NCBI GenBank assembly: GCA_964558645.1
Contig: CAZLEV010000004.1
Span: 107,442 to 171,441, forward strand
Direction of reading: 5' to 3'
DNA length: 64,000 nt
From: an uncultured archaeon
GTDB taxonomy: Archaea > Asgardarchaeota > Thorarchaeia > Thorarchaeales > Thorarchaeaceae
In this document: in pieces, positions 1 through 8,836 of the stretch
How positions within the stretch are numbered: the stretch's first letter is position 1
Layout: every line of letters begins with the position of its first letter
Notes under the pieces: model-generated
Told to the model about the DNA's origin: nothing
The model's input: the letters and a program-made list of their open reading frames with translations, nothing else
Databases searched by the model: none
Position numbers and translations under genes: made by a program

Positions 1-17
1 GTTGGTGTTGCAGAGAT

Positions 18-1571
18 CTTTCAATTCCCTTAATCTGGGATTCTCTTCTGCGACCCTGGACGGCACATCCTCTACGATGCGGGGAGCCAGATCTTTCAAT
101 TCCCTTAATCTGGGATTCTCTTCTGCGACGCTTTGGATCCGCGAGAACGAGCAGAAGGCGGTAGAATTACTTTCAATTCCCTTAATCTGGGATTCTCTTC
201 TGCGACTGGCCCGGGCCGTAGCCCGTACCTTCTTCGGCATGGCTTTCAATTCCCTTAATCTGGGATTCTCTTCTGCGACCTGGCTCCCCTACGACTCCAC
301 GCCCACCTTCTACAACTTTCAATTCCCTTAATCTGGGATTCTCTTCTGCGACTGACGCTCCCGGTGTGCGTATCGGACTCGGCGTAGGATGCCTTTCAAT
401 TCCCTTAATCTGGGATTCTCTTCTGCGACTGCAGATTCTCCCGCATCAGGAACCGTGGATTCATCATATCTTTCAATTCCCTTAATCTGGGATTCTCTTC
501 TGCGACGTATAAACCGGGCTTCGAGGAGTGCAGTACCCACGGCCTCTTTCAATTCCCTTAATCTGGGATTCTCTTCTGCGACCTGTTTGTGATTCTGAAT
601 ACGGACTCCCAGAAGTGGGCTTTCAATTCCCTTAATCTGGGATTCTCTTCTGCGACGAAGGAGCCGGAGATTAAAAAGATGGAGGAAATAGAAATCTTTC
701 AATTCCCTTAATCTGGGATTCTCTTCTGCGACAGGTGTTAACGAAGTAGATGTATCCATTATTGACTTTGTTCTTTCAATTCCCTTAATCTGGGATTCTC
801 TTCTGCGACTTCTCGGAGACCCTGACGGACGATACCCTGCACTACCCCTTTCAATTCCCTTAATCTGGGATTCTCTTCTGCGACGAACCTACTTGGAAAT
901 GCGAGTATTCGACCACATTGACGACTTTCAATTCCCTTAATCTGGGATTCTCTTCTGCGACGATTCGTACCAAGGTCAGTGATGTTCTTAAGAGCCAAGT
1001 CTTTCAATTCCCTTAATCTGGGATTCTCTTCTGCGACCACAGAGCCCATGTCCCCCGCACAGTGGTGCGGGTATTTCTTTCAATTCCCTTAATCTGGGAT
1101 TCTCTTCTGCGACGAATTGCGGTGGCGTGTGGTTGAGGCTACTAACGCTTCATCTTTCAATTCCCTTAATCTGGGATTCTCTTCTGCGACATATGATGCA
1201 GCGGAGACACTTGCTAGATTCGTTGGAGACTTTCAATTCCCTTAATCTGGGATTCTCTTCTGCGACTCGATTTGGAAGAGTGGCAACCAATTCGAAGCGA
1301 CCGTTCCTTTCAATTCCCTTAATCTGGGATTCTCTTCTGCGACATTGAGGCAATGATTTCGCTTGCAGAGTCGAATAGAGTTCTTTCAATTCCCTTAATC
1401 TGGGATTCTCTTCTGCGACTTCCCTTCGCAGAGAAGAGTGTCTTCCCTGAGCCAGATGCTTTCAATTCCCTTAATCTGGGATTCTCTTCTGCGACCGCCA
1501 ACTATGGTGGCATCCTCAGCAGCAGCAGCAATAGCTTTCAATTCCCTTAATCTGGGATTCTCTTCTGCGAC
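18..1571 (-). CRISPR. CRISPR array: 21 identical 37-bp repeats, 20 complete spacers (36-40 bp) plus a partial spacer at 1-17; probably continues beyond the left edge
   Basis: Repeat CTTTCAATTCCCTTAATCTGGGATTCTCTTCTGCGAC starts at 18, 93, 170, 243 ... 1459, 1535. Its reverse complement GTCGCAGAAGAGAATCCCAGATTAAGGGAATTGAAAG has a TCCC/GGGA stem and the typical ATTGAAAG 3' handle, implying minus-strand transcription from a leader on the right. Confidence 0.99.
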
Positions 1572-1723
1572 CCGCAGGTTATTCGCTCTATTTAGTGAGA
1601 AAAGACCTCATAAGTCTTCTCTCAGGAGGCCTCGGCGGGGGCCTCCATTCTGCATACTCCTTTATAAGAGCCCCCAACTCTATCTATGCAGGGCGATTGA
1701 TTTACCCACATGGAGGGTTTCGT
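1572..1723. promoter_or_regulatory. CRISPR leader / divergent promoter region between array and cas1
   Basis: Non-coding gap with TTTATAA at 1661-1667, two inverted repeats (1596-1624, 1625-1646) and SD-like GGAGGG before the cas1 ATG. Confidence 0.75.
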
Positions 1724-2746
1724 ATGGAAACTATCGTACTAGATGACTTTGGAGTCTTCTTAGGAAAGACAAGTGAGCGATTCGTGATCAAGAGGAAAGG
1801 GAAGAAGGTAGGGGAGTTTCCTGCAAGAGAGGTGGAACGCATCATAGTGGCCTCGTCTGGTGCTTCGATGAGTTCATCGGCGCTCTATCTAGCTGTCACG
1901 AATCGTATCCCGGTGGCATTCACCTATGCATCGGGGAGACCGTTCGCGTTCCTGACCCCCACACAGGGACACGGCACGGTTCTGACCAGACGCGCACAGT
2001 ATACGGAGTCCGAGTCTACGCGAGCAACGCACCTTGCCAGGGAGTTCGTCAGGGGAAAGATGACCAATCAGCGGTATCTCTTGAAGTCGTGGGCCAAGAC
2101 GAGAACGAGGACCGCTCCGGATGTCGCCCAGGCACTCTTTGACTTGTCGGGTTCCGTTGAGGCCATTGCCAACGAACTCGATATGTTCGACGGGCCGCTC
2201 AACTCAGCAATCAGGCTTGACCTGATGAATGTGGAAGGGCGAGCCGCTTCGGAGTACTGGGGAGGAGTGGGTCTGTTGATTCCTTCAGACTACGGCTTTT
2301 CGGGAAGGCATACACGCGGCGCATCAGACCCCTTCAACATGATGTTGAACTATGGATATGGTATCCTATACTCGGAGGTCTGGTCTGCTGTCACGACTGC
2401 AGGTCTTGACCCATTCGCGGGGTTTTTGCACGTTGACAGACCGGGACGTCCCTCTTTGGTCCTCGATCTCATTGAGGAGTTTCGCCAGCAAGTGGTTGAC
2501 AGGACGGTTCTACGCCTCACGCTTCGTAGGTCACTTCGCCCCGAGGATATTGTGGAGAATGGAGAACTATCACGGGGTACACGGCAGGAGATTGCCGCTG
2601 CAGTCATCGAACGTCTCTCTGACAGAGTGCCTGTTGACAACAAGAAGATTCCCCTCAAGAACGTCATAGTCCGACAGGCATGGGCGGTGGCAAAATTCCT
2701 GAGAGGAGAGAGCGACCGGTATGAACCGTTCTTCCTGAGGTGGTAA
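1724..2746 (+). CDS. cas1: CRISPR-associated endonuclease Cas1
   Basis: EGRAASEYW, DPFNMMLNYGYGIL, LDPFAGFLH, SLVLDLIEEFRQ motifs. Start moved to ATG 1724 (METIVLDDFG) behind an SD. Confidence 0.97.
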   Translation: METIVLDDFGVFLGKTSERFVIKRKGKKVGEFPAREVERIIVASSGASMSSSALYLAVTNRIPVAFTYASGRPFAFLTPTQGHGTVLTRRAQYTESESTRATHLAREFVRGKMTNQRYLLKSWAKTRTRTAPDVAQALFDLSGSVEAIANELDMFDGPLNSAIRLDLMNVEGRAASEYWGGVGLLIPSDYGFSGRHTRGASDPFNMMLNYGYGILYSEVWSAVTTAGLDPFAGFLHVDRPGRPSLVLDLIEEFRQQVVDRTVLRLTLRRSLRPEDIVENGELSRGTRQEIAAAVIERLSDRVPVDNKKIPLKNVIVRQAWAVAKFLRGESDRYEPFFLRW

Positions 2747-2749
2747 GAA

Positions 2750-3040
2750 GTGAAGATTCTCGTTATTTACGACGTCACCGACGACCCACTACGTGGAAAG
2801 GTCGCCAACCGACTGAAAGACTACGGTCTCGAACGGATACAGTACAGCTCATTTCAGGGAGAATTACGGCGTCACGAGTTCGCGTCTCTTGAGAAGGATA
2901 TGCGGAAGCTTCTGAATGACGGGGAAGAAACTGACTCTGTACTGCTCTTTCCTCTCTGCAGCTCGTGCTTCGAGGGACGCTACATGGTCGGGGCAGAGAA
3001 GGAGATGAAGGAACATGAAACGGGAGTCTCGTTTTACTGA
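2750..3040 (+). CDS. cas2: CRISPR-associated endoribonuclease Cas2
   Basis: ILVIYDVTDD...LKDYGLERIQYSSFQG signature; follows cas1. Confidence 0.96.
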   Translation: MKILVIYDVTDDPLRGKVANRLKDYGLERIQYSSFQGELRRHEFASLEKDMRKLLNDGEETDSVLLFPLCSSCFEGRYMVGAEKEMKEHETGVSFY

Positions 3041-3653
3041 GTTCACCGATGCAGGCGAGGGATACATCACACCCACGGACATCAAGCAGTATGTGTTCTG
3101 CCCCCGTGTCACGTACTTCACCCGGGTCATGCAGCTCAGACCCATTGTCGGCTCACAGCAGGATGCAGCCAAGAAGAGCCACGACCGACTGGCAGAGTTA
3201 GAGAAACGACGCGAGTCGATCTTGAAGACTGACATACCGGCCGAGATAGAATCTAAAGCCTTCGAGGTATACCTGCGGTCAGAAGAGCTACAGGCTCATG
3301 GAGTTCTCGACATGCTCGTCATAACAGCAGACGGTGAGCATATTCCCATCGAATTCAAGGCCATGTCAAGTAAGCGTGGACAGATTCTGCTGGACCATAA
3401 GTATCAGCTTGTTCTACTTGCTCGACTTCTTGAGTATTCCAAGGGGGTCATCGTCAGAAGGGGCTTCGTTCACTACATGAATGACAACGTGACAGCCAGA
3501 CTATCCTTGACAGACGGTCTCCGCAGACGGATCAAGACATACTTGGATAGAATCAGCACGATGTTGAGAGAGGGCACCATTCCGCCGCCACGAAGGAATT
3601 GCCAGCACGGAAGGGTCGGATGTGGTTTTGCGGATAGATGCACCGATTACTAG
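3015..3653 (+). CDS. cas4: CRISPR-associated exonuclease Cas4
   Basis: QYVFCPR, GVLD...PIEFK RecB-like motif, QL, C-terminal Cys cluster (NC...GCGFADRC). Confidence 0.93.
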   Translation: MKRESRFTEFTDAGEGYITPTDIKQYVFCPRVTYFTRVMQLRPIVGSQQDAAKKSHDRLAELEKRRESILKTDIPAEIESKAFEVYLRSEELQAHGVLDMLVITADGEHIPIEFKAMSSKRGQILLDHKYQLVLLARLLEYSKGVIVRRGFVHYMNDNVTARLSLTDGLRRRIKTYLDRISTMLREGTIPPPRRNCQHGRVGCGFADRCTDY

Positions 3654-3761
3654 AGTATGAGATTCCACAAGACGCGACCCTTCAGTCCGTCGAGATTACT
3701 GTCTGGCTCCACACCAGCCCGGTGAGATGCAAAGAATGCCTTCATCAGGGCCTATAGCAAT

Positions 3762-3790
3762 CGGTTTCCAACCGGTCTTGGCTTTTTATA
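3762..3790 (+). promoter_or_regulatory. Putative BRE/TATA promoter of the effector (cas10d) operon
   Basis: TTTTTATA at 3783-3790 in the cas4-cas10d gap, preceded by palindrome CGGTT-TCC-AACCG (3762-3774). Confidence 0.55.
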
Positions 3791-3849
3791 CCCGCGTGCA
3801 GAACTCTTAGGTGAACGCAGTAATTAAGACTAGGAGCCAAGTGAATCGC

Positions 3850-6498
3850 ATGCCAGCCAGCAAGATACAGGAGAGTTTTGAACTTCTGGAAGAGGCACTC
3901 ATTGCAGAGGCCTTGGCAAGAGAATGGAATGTCAAATACGCCAAGTTTGCTAGAGATGGTAGCCAGTCTCTCTTCGTCCACGCTCTGAACACGGCATACG
4001 TTGCACAAGTGCTCGGCGAGCATGTCTTTGGTCTTGATGAAGACGACTTGCTACTGGCATACTTGAGTGCATTTCTGCATGACTATCAGAAAGCAAGCGA
4101 TTCCTGGCAGAGCGCGGCTGTTGCCTTTATCGAGGGAAAACGACCCGATGGAGCTGACTTCTCACACGGGGATGGGTCGGAAGAGGCAAGAGAGCACTTG
4201 AGGGAGATTCTCACAAGCATCCAAGAGAACGCAATTGCCTCAGGACTTGCCTTGGAGATAAACGGTCTTCTTGACCGAATCCTCAACATAGTGGTCTACA
4301 CTCACGACACCAAGAATCCAGCTGAGGCTGCACGAAGGAAGGGCCAAGTGGGCCCGCTTGATCCAGTTGCCAGAGTCATACGCCTAGCAGATGCCATATC
4401 GAGTATTAGGCAACCGAGCGATATTCTGAAGAAGATGGCTGACCTAGACATACCTCAAGACACAGATGTTACATTTGATTACCACGAGATATCTGTAGTC
4501 AGAGGTATTGTCACAAGCTTCCTCAATGAGGCAATCATCGACTCTATGGAAGAGATGGAATACAAATCTCTCCTGCATTTCGGTAATGGAAGTGTCTATC
4601 TCTCATCCAAAGAATGCCCGAGTGGCTCCGCCTTCTCCGAAATAATCAAGAAGAAACTAGACAGACAAATTGAGGCATTCCAAGAATCTGACACATATCA
4701 GACTGGAATGACCAATGCGGTTATCGGCCCCCTCGTTCAAACGAAATGGCCGGCAATTCAACTTGTACGAGAACAAGACATCCCCGAAATCATCAGATAC
4801 CTCTCGTCACAGCCAGCCATGAACAAAGATGAAAAATACGGTAGAGGGGTGGCAAAGAAGGCAAAATCTTCCGATAAGAAGGCAGCACTTGAGAACTTCT
4901 TGAAGGAAACGCACTCAGAAACTGACCCCATACTTGCGTTGATGACATCAGACTTCAATCTTCTTGTGTATGTAGCCGATTTTCTGAAGAGTTATGCAGA
5001 CTTTGCAAAAGCAGCTGAATGCTATGACACTTTCATCCAAGATGTGAATAGGCTTCTCTCAGATGAGTTTCCCAATCTGGATTTTGACTCACTTAGTGAC
5101 ATTACGCATACGACGGGATTTGTACGCCGCTTAGAAGTCGTGTCAGCCATCTGGAAGATTAAGAACGCAGATCTTCACAAAGATCCGGAAAGAAGGACTC
5201 TGCTTGAGAGTTCATTCATCCGGATTCTGACCGAGATTTTAAAGCGATACAGAGATTGTGCCCCAAAGCTGCTGACAGAACGAGCGAAGAATCTTCTCAT
5301 CTCAGATATTCATTATCTTCCTTTTTCTGTTCTTGAAGATGTTGAAATCAGACAGCTGAGCGAAGGGCCTACGAATAGATATCTCGGCGGAAAAGATCAG
5401 AAAGACCGTATTTGTAGCTTCTGTGGCGCAGAAGGGGCCGATGACGCTCCGGCCACCTTATTCGGTGATGGGTCGCAGCGGTTCTCGAATTTCTTGAAGG
5501 GCGGGACAAAGATTGGGTCGGGAAGAAAGGCTCAAGTCTGTGAGCTCTGTATGGTGGAGTCGATGCTCAGGGCATTCTACTTCCCCTCTGCTCCCGCCAC
5601 AACAATGGTTGTCATTCCTGACCTATCATTATCTCCGGCTATGGCTCGACAGTGGGCGAACGCGGTCAAAGACTTCACCCGACGTGAGAGAGTCGGGTTG
5701 AGCACGAGTTCAACATGGAATATGCTTGATGTCTACAAGAGACTTGCCCGAGGGGAGCCCATCAACAATGCGCCACAACTTGCGCGCCTATTACGACCCA
5801 CAAATATTCGCGTGGACAGACTTGCGGCACACCTGAAAAATGTAAGGAGTAGTCCTGACGAAGTTGTGTTTGAGGGAGAGCTAGAATCGGCAGAGAATCT
5901 GACCTTTGAGAGAATTGCCAAGGCCCACCTCTCGGGAAACATCAAGATCCACGAGAGGCTGCTTGAGGGGTACAGAGAGCCAAACAGGGTTCAGGGAACG
6001 GCGTACTTGACATCGGGGCACATGTTCCTCTTCTTCAGGAATCCTCTATATGAAGACAAAGACGAGTCCCCGAGTACCATTGCAATCAGAGCTCATCTCC
6101 TGTCACTGATTATCGCCAAGGTGTATCACGCACGAGTAATCGTGATTGATGGGTTCCAGACTATCACGGATCTCTCTATGGATGGAGTGGTGAGATCCAC
6201 CTTGCCTGCTCCTGCTGCCTCAGCCCTCGCAAACCTCGGAGTGAGCGAGGAGCCCCGACTTCATGAAACCATGTCATCATTGAGGAAGCTTACGGCTCTG
6301 ACTCTGACAGCAATGAGCTATGTGAAGAAGATGGGAAAAGATCGACTCCTCAGAATGGCATCAATGAATCGAGGGGCAATCTTGAGACGTGCACAGATGG
6401 AAGATTCACAACAGATGAAGAAATACCAGAGCCAGTTCATCGAACTGCTCGACGTACTCCCTGCGGTGGCAGGAGAGGACGAAATCATATCAGATTAG
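3850..6498 (+). CDS. cas10d: Type I-D large subunit Cas10d (Csc3) with N-terminal HD nuclease
   Basis: QSLFVHALN...FLHDYQK...RLAD HD-domain motifs, Zn finger CSFCG...CELC, position before csc2/csc1. Start could be 3811, 3841 or 3850. Confidence 0.88.
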   Translation: MPASKIQESFELLEEALIAEALAREWNVKYAKFARDGSQSLFVHALNTAYVAQVLGEHVFGLDEDDLLLAYLSAFLHDYQKASDSWQSAAVAFIEGKRPDGADFSHGDGSEEAREHLREILTSIQENAIASGLALEINGLLDRILNIVVYTHDTKNPAEAARRKGQVGPLDPVARVIRLADAISSIRQPSDILKKMADLDIPQDTDVTFDYHEISVVRGIVTSFLNEAIIDSMEEMEYKSLLHFGNGSVYLSSKECPSGSAFSEIIKKKLDRQIEAFQESDTYQTGMTNAVIGPLVQTKWPAIQLVREQDIPEIIRYLSSQPAMNKDEKYGRGVAKKAKSSDKKAALENFLKETHSETDPILALMTSDFNLLVYVADFLKSYADFAKAAECYDTFIQDVNRLLSDEFPNLDFDSLSDITHTTGFVRRLEVVSAIWKIKNADLHKDPERRTLLESSFIRILTEILKRYRDCAPKLLTERAKNLLISDIHYLPFSVLEDVEIRQLSEGPTNRYLGGKDQKDRICSFCGAEGADDAPATLFGDGSQRFSNFLKGGTKIGSGRKAQVCELCMVESMLRAFYFPSAPATTMVVIPDLSLSPAMARQWANAVKDFTRRERVGLSTSSTWNMLDVYKRLARGEPINNAPQLARLLRPTNIRVDRLAAHLKNVRSSPDEVVFEGELESAENLTFERIAKAHLSGNIKIHERLLEGYREPNRVQGTAYLTSGHMFLFFRNPLYEDKDESPSTIAIRAHLLSLIIAKVYHARVIVIDGFQTITDLSMDGVVRSTLPAPAASALANLGVSEEPRLHETMSSLRKLTALTLTAMSYVKKMGKDRLLRMASMNRGAILRRAQMEDSQQMKKYQSQFIELLDVLPAVAGEDEIISD

Positions 6499-6500
6499 AG

Positions 6501-7115
6501 GTGAAGTACTTGATAATACGAATGGACAAAGAAGAAGAGAAGACCGACATGGATGAGGTCAGAGATGTGAGGAAGAGGGCTGCAGAGGCACTCATCTCAT
6601 ATCTCGATACCTTCTATCCTGAGGATAGACAAAGCGACTCAAAACATGCCCTGATGGGGCCCGTTGGGAAGCTCCTCACACAGATAACAACCACTGGGGA
6701 AATCAACTGGGGTGCCGTCAAGGGGTATGTCCTGAACATTCACAAGAACCAGCAGGGCGGAAGAGGTCTTTCCGCAGAGGCTGCTAAACGCCTAGAAAAT
6801 GCGGTCGACCTACTGAGAGAACTCAAGGAGATACTCCCGCCGACTAAGTGGCTGAAGACTGTTGAAGATCTTGATGATGAGGTCTTTTTCGGTGTCTACA
6901 AGGAGCAGCTTGATGGGCAGAGGGAAGGAATCCGGAAGAAGTTCCACGAGTGGATAAAGGCAAAGTATAGCTCCATCGATGAGATCAACAAGCATCTCAA
7001 AGGTGACAAGTATGCGTCCTTTGACGGAGTGCCAGATCCCTTCTCTACCCCGCCAGAGATGAAGGAGATTGTGAATGAGTTCTGGGACGACTACAAGAAG
7101 GCAAAGGAGGAATGA
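6501..7115 (+). CDS. Probable stand-alone small subunit Cas11d (helical)
   Basis: Charged alpha-helical protein between cas10d and cas7d; SKHALMGPVGKLL resembles the Cas11d-like C-terminal region of Cas10d proteins. Start uncertain (6501/6522/6549). Confidence 0.6.
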   Translation: MKYLIIRMDKEEEKTDMDEVRDVRKRAAEALISYLDTFYPEDRQSDSKHALMGPVGKLLTQITTTGEINWGAVKGYVLNIHKNQQGGRGLSAEAAKRLENAVDLLRELKEILPPTKWLKTVEDLDDEVFFGVYKEQLDGQREGIRKKFHEWIKAKYSSIDEINKHLKGDKYASFDGVPDPFSTPPEMKEIVNEFWDDYKKAKEE

Positions 7116-8044
7116 ACATGGCCACATTGAAAATACCAGATAGTTTTGAGAAATTGGAACCATACCTAGCGAAAGAACTCTCTCCGCTTCTTGATGCAAG
7201 AGTTGTGCAGGTGTTGCTCCTTAGGCAGACTCACGACTACACGATTCTGCGCACCGAGGAGAGCAGGGAACTCAACACAGTTGTAGTTCCGGAGAGTATC
7301 GAATCGACAAACCCCACGGTGAAGGTTGCATTCCTTGCATCCAAGCAGAAAGCGCCCGAGAATCGTATGTTCTCACGCTTCTTGAGAACAGCCAGTGGTA
7401 AGAATGACTGTTATCTCAACAAGAATCTCTGTCTAGAGTGTCCTCGATGTGCACTTTTCGGGGCGGTTGCAACTGAGAAACGGACCAACTACAACATCAA
7501 GCACCGGATAGAATACTCCACTGCGTTTTCCGTAGAGAACTATGAGGACTTGCTGGAAACTGTCACGTTCAATGCGGTTGGAGAAACGAACCAGCTCACT
7601 GGGCAGGCACTGAACATCACTCACAATGTCCGCCCCTTGGCGAACTTCCCGTCCGTGGTGTCCCTGAACTCGGCGACCTGGCAAGAGCTGGCCCTCTATC
7701 TCAAGACACTCATGGCAACTAAGGCGTACGGTGCCGAAACCAGGACAAAAGGTGACATGCGGAACACCGTGCTCGGAATCTTCGGAGGACTTGAGGAGGT
7801 CATAACGTCGCTCGAGTATTCACTTGAGATCGCAAAACGATGGGATGACGACCTTGCAGAAGCAACTGAGGAGATCCTTGAGAAGTATGCTAAGATGAGT
7901 GCATCACGATCGAACCTTGTGGTCCTCAATGCAGAGGAAACAAGGGAGTTGGTTTCTGATGTGCAGGATATGAGCATCGACAAGGCCTTCGTGGATAACA
8001 TGGACAAGCAAGTCAAGGACTTCATATCGAAGGCCAAGCAGTGA
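7112..8044 (+). CDS. csc2: Type I-D backbone Cas7d (Csc2)
   Basis: LLRQTHDYTILRTE, FLASKQKAPENR, CLECPRCALFG, YGAETR motifs. Confidence 0.92.
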   Translation: MNMATLKIPDSFEKLEPYLAKELSPLLDARVVQVLLLRQTHDYTILRTEESRELNTVVVPESIESTNPTVKVAFLASKQKAPENRMFSRFLRTASGKNDCYLNKNLCLECPRCALFGAVATEKRTNYNIKHRIEYSTAFSVENYEDLLETVTFNAVGETNQLTGQALNITHNVRPLANFPSVVSLNSATWQELALYLKTLMATKAYGAETRTKGDMRNTVLGIFGGLEEVITSLEYSLEIAKRWDDDLAEATEEILEKYAKMSASRSNLVVLNAEETRELVSDVQDMSIDKAFVDNMDKQVKDFISKAKQ

Positions 8045-8826
8045 CGGGAGAGGATGCTCCAGTGTCCAGTCAACTGAGTGTAAGTCTCGGTGTCATGACC
8101 TGTCATGACTTTCTCTTCTACGCTAGTCGAGACTACGGTGCAGTTGCTCAACCTGCTGACTTCATCGGTAACTATGCACTCATGTATGCAATGAACAGGC
8201 ATATTCCGAAGGTTCGGCGACTGATAGACGGGGTAGTCCCACACTATGAGGAGGATCTGCGCATGATGCCGCTGTATGCGACACCTGCAGCCTTCGTGGA
8301 TGACTTCCCTCACGACTCTTCAATGGGACGAAACTGGATAGACGTATCGATGCTTCTAGGCGCATCACGTGATGGCCGTTGGCATCGACGCGACATGACG
8401 AGGATAACCTGGAACAGCGTTGGAGCGAGCCTTCTGGAGAAGATGGAGCAAGACAACATCAACATGCCGAAGAAGGGAGCTTACTATCAACATCCTCCCC
8501 TCGCGTCGTTCTACTTCTACGTTGTAGGCGAACGGCTGCCCAGTGTATTCAGAGTCGGCAAGAAATACTCGCCCGTGAGAGCCTCGTTCCATCCCTTGGA
8601 GATGGAGGAGAAGAGCGGCCGTTTCTCGCCGACGTGCCCCGTTACCGTGGATGATCTGCCGGCTGAAACCCGTATACTCCGTGGCAGTCTCTTGACAGTC
8701 CCACCGACGCCGGTGCTGACTCTCTCCGAGTTGGATGGAGCCTATATCGAGGGGAAAGACTCGAACGGACTGGTTCACCGGTTTCCCGTACCGGATAGGG
8801 AGAAGTACGAAGGAGCATGGTCATGA
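8041..8826 (+). CDS. csc1: Type I-D Cas5d (Csc1)
   Basis: HDFLFYASRD...IGNYALMYA, YATPA, LPSVFRVGKK motifs. Confidence 0.9.
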   Translation: MTGEDAPVSSQLSVSLGVMTCHDFLFYASRDYGAVAQPADFIGNYALMYAMNRHIPKVRRLIDGVVPHYEEDLRMMPLYATPAAFVDDFPHDSSMGRNWIDVSMLLGASRDGRWHRRDMTRITWNSVGASLLEKMEQDNINMPKKGAYYQHPPLASFYFYVVGERLPSVFRVGKKYSPVRASFHPLEMEEKSGRFSPTCPVTVDDLPAETRILRGSLLTVPPTPVLTLSELDGAYIEGKDSNGLVHRFPVPDREKYEGAWS

Positions 8827-8836
8827 GGTATTGTTT

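Noticed and set aside
2-1746. ORFs across the CRISPR array and the 43-codon N-terminal extension of cas1
   Set aside because: Translations of repeats and leader sequence; not genes.
3640-3678. Weak resemblance to the CRISPR repeat (GTCGC...GAATC on the minus strand) at the end of cas4
   Set aside because: Needs gaps, overlaps coding sequence, and has no ATTGAAAG handle or partner repeat.
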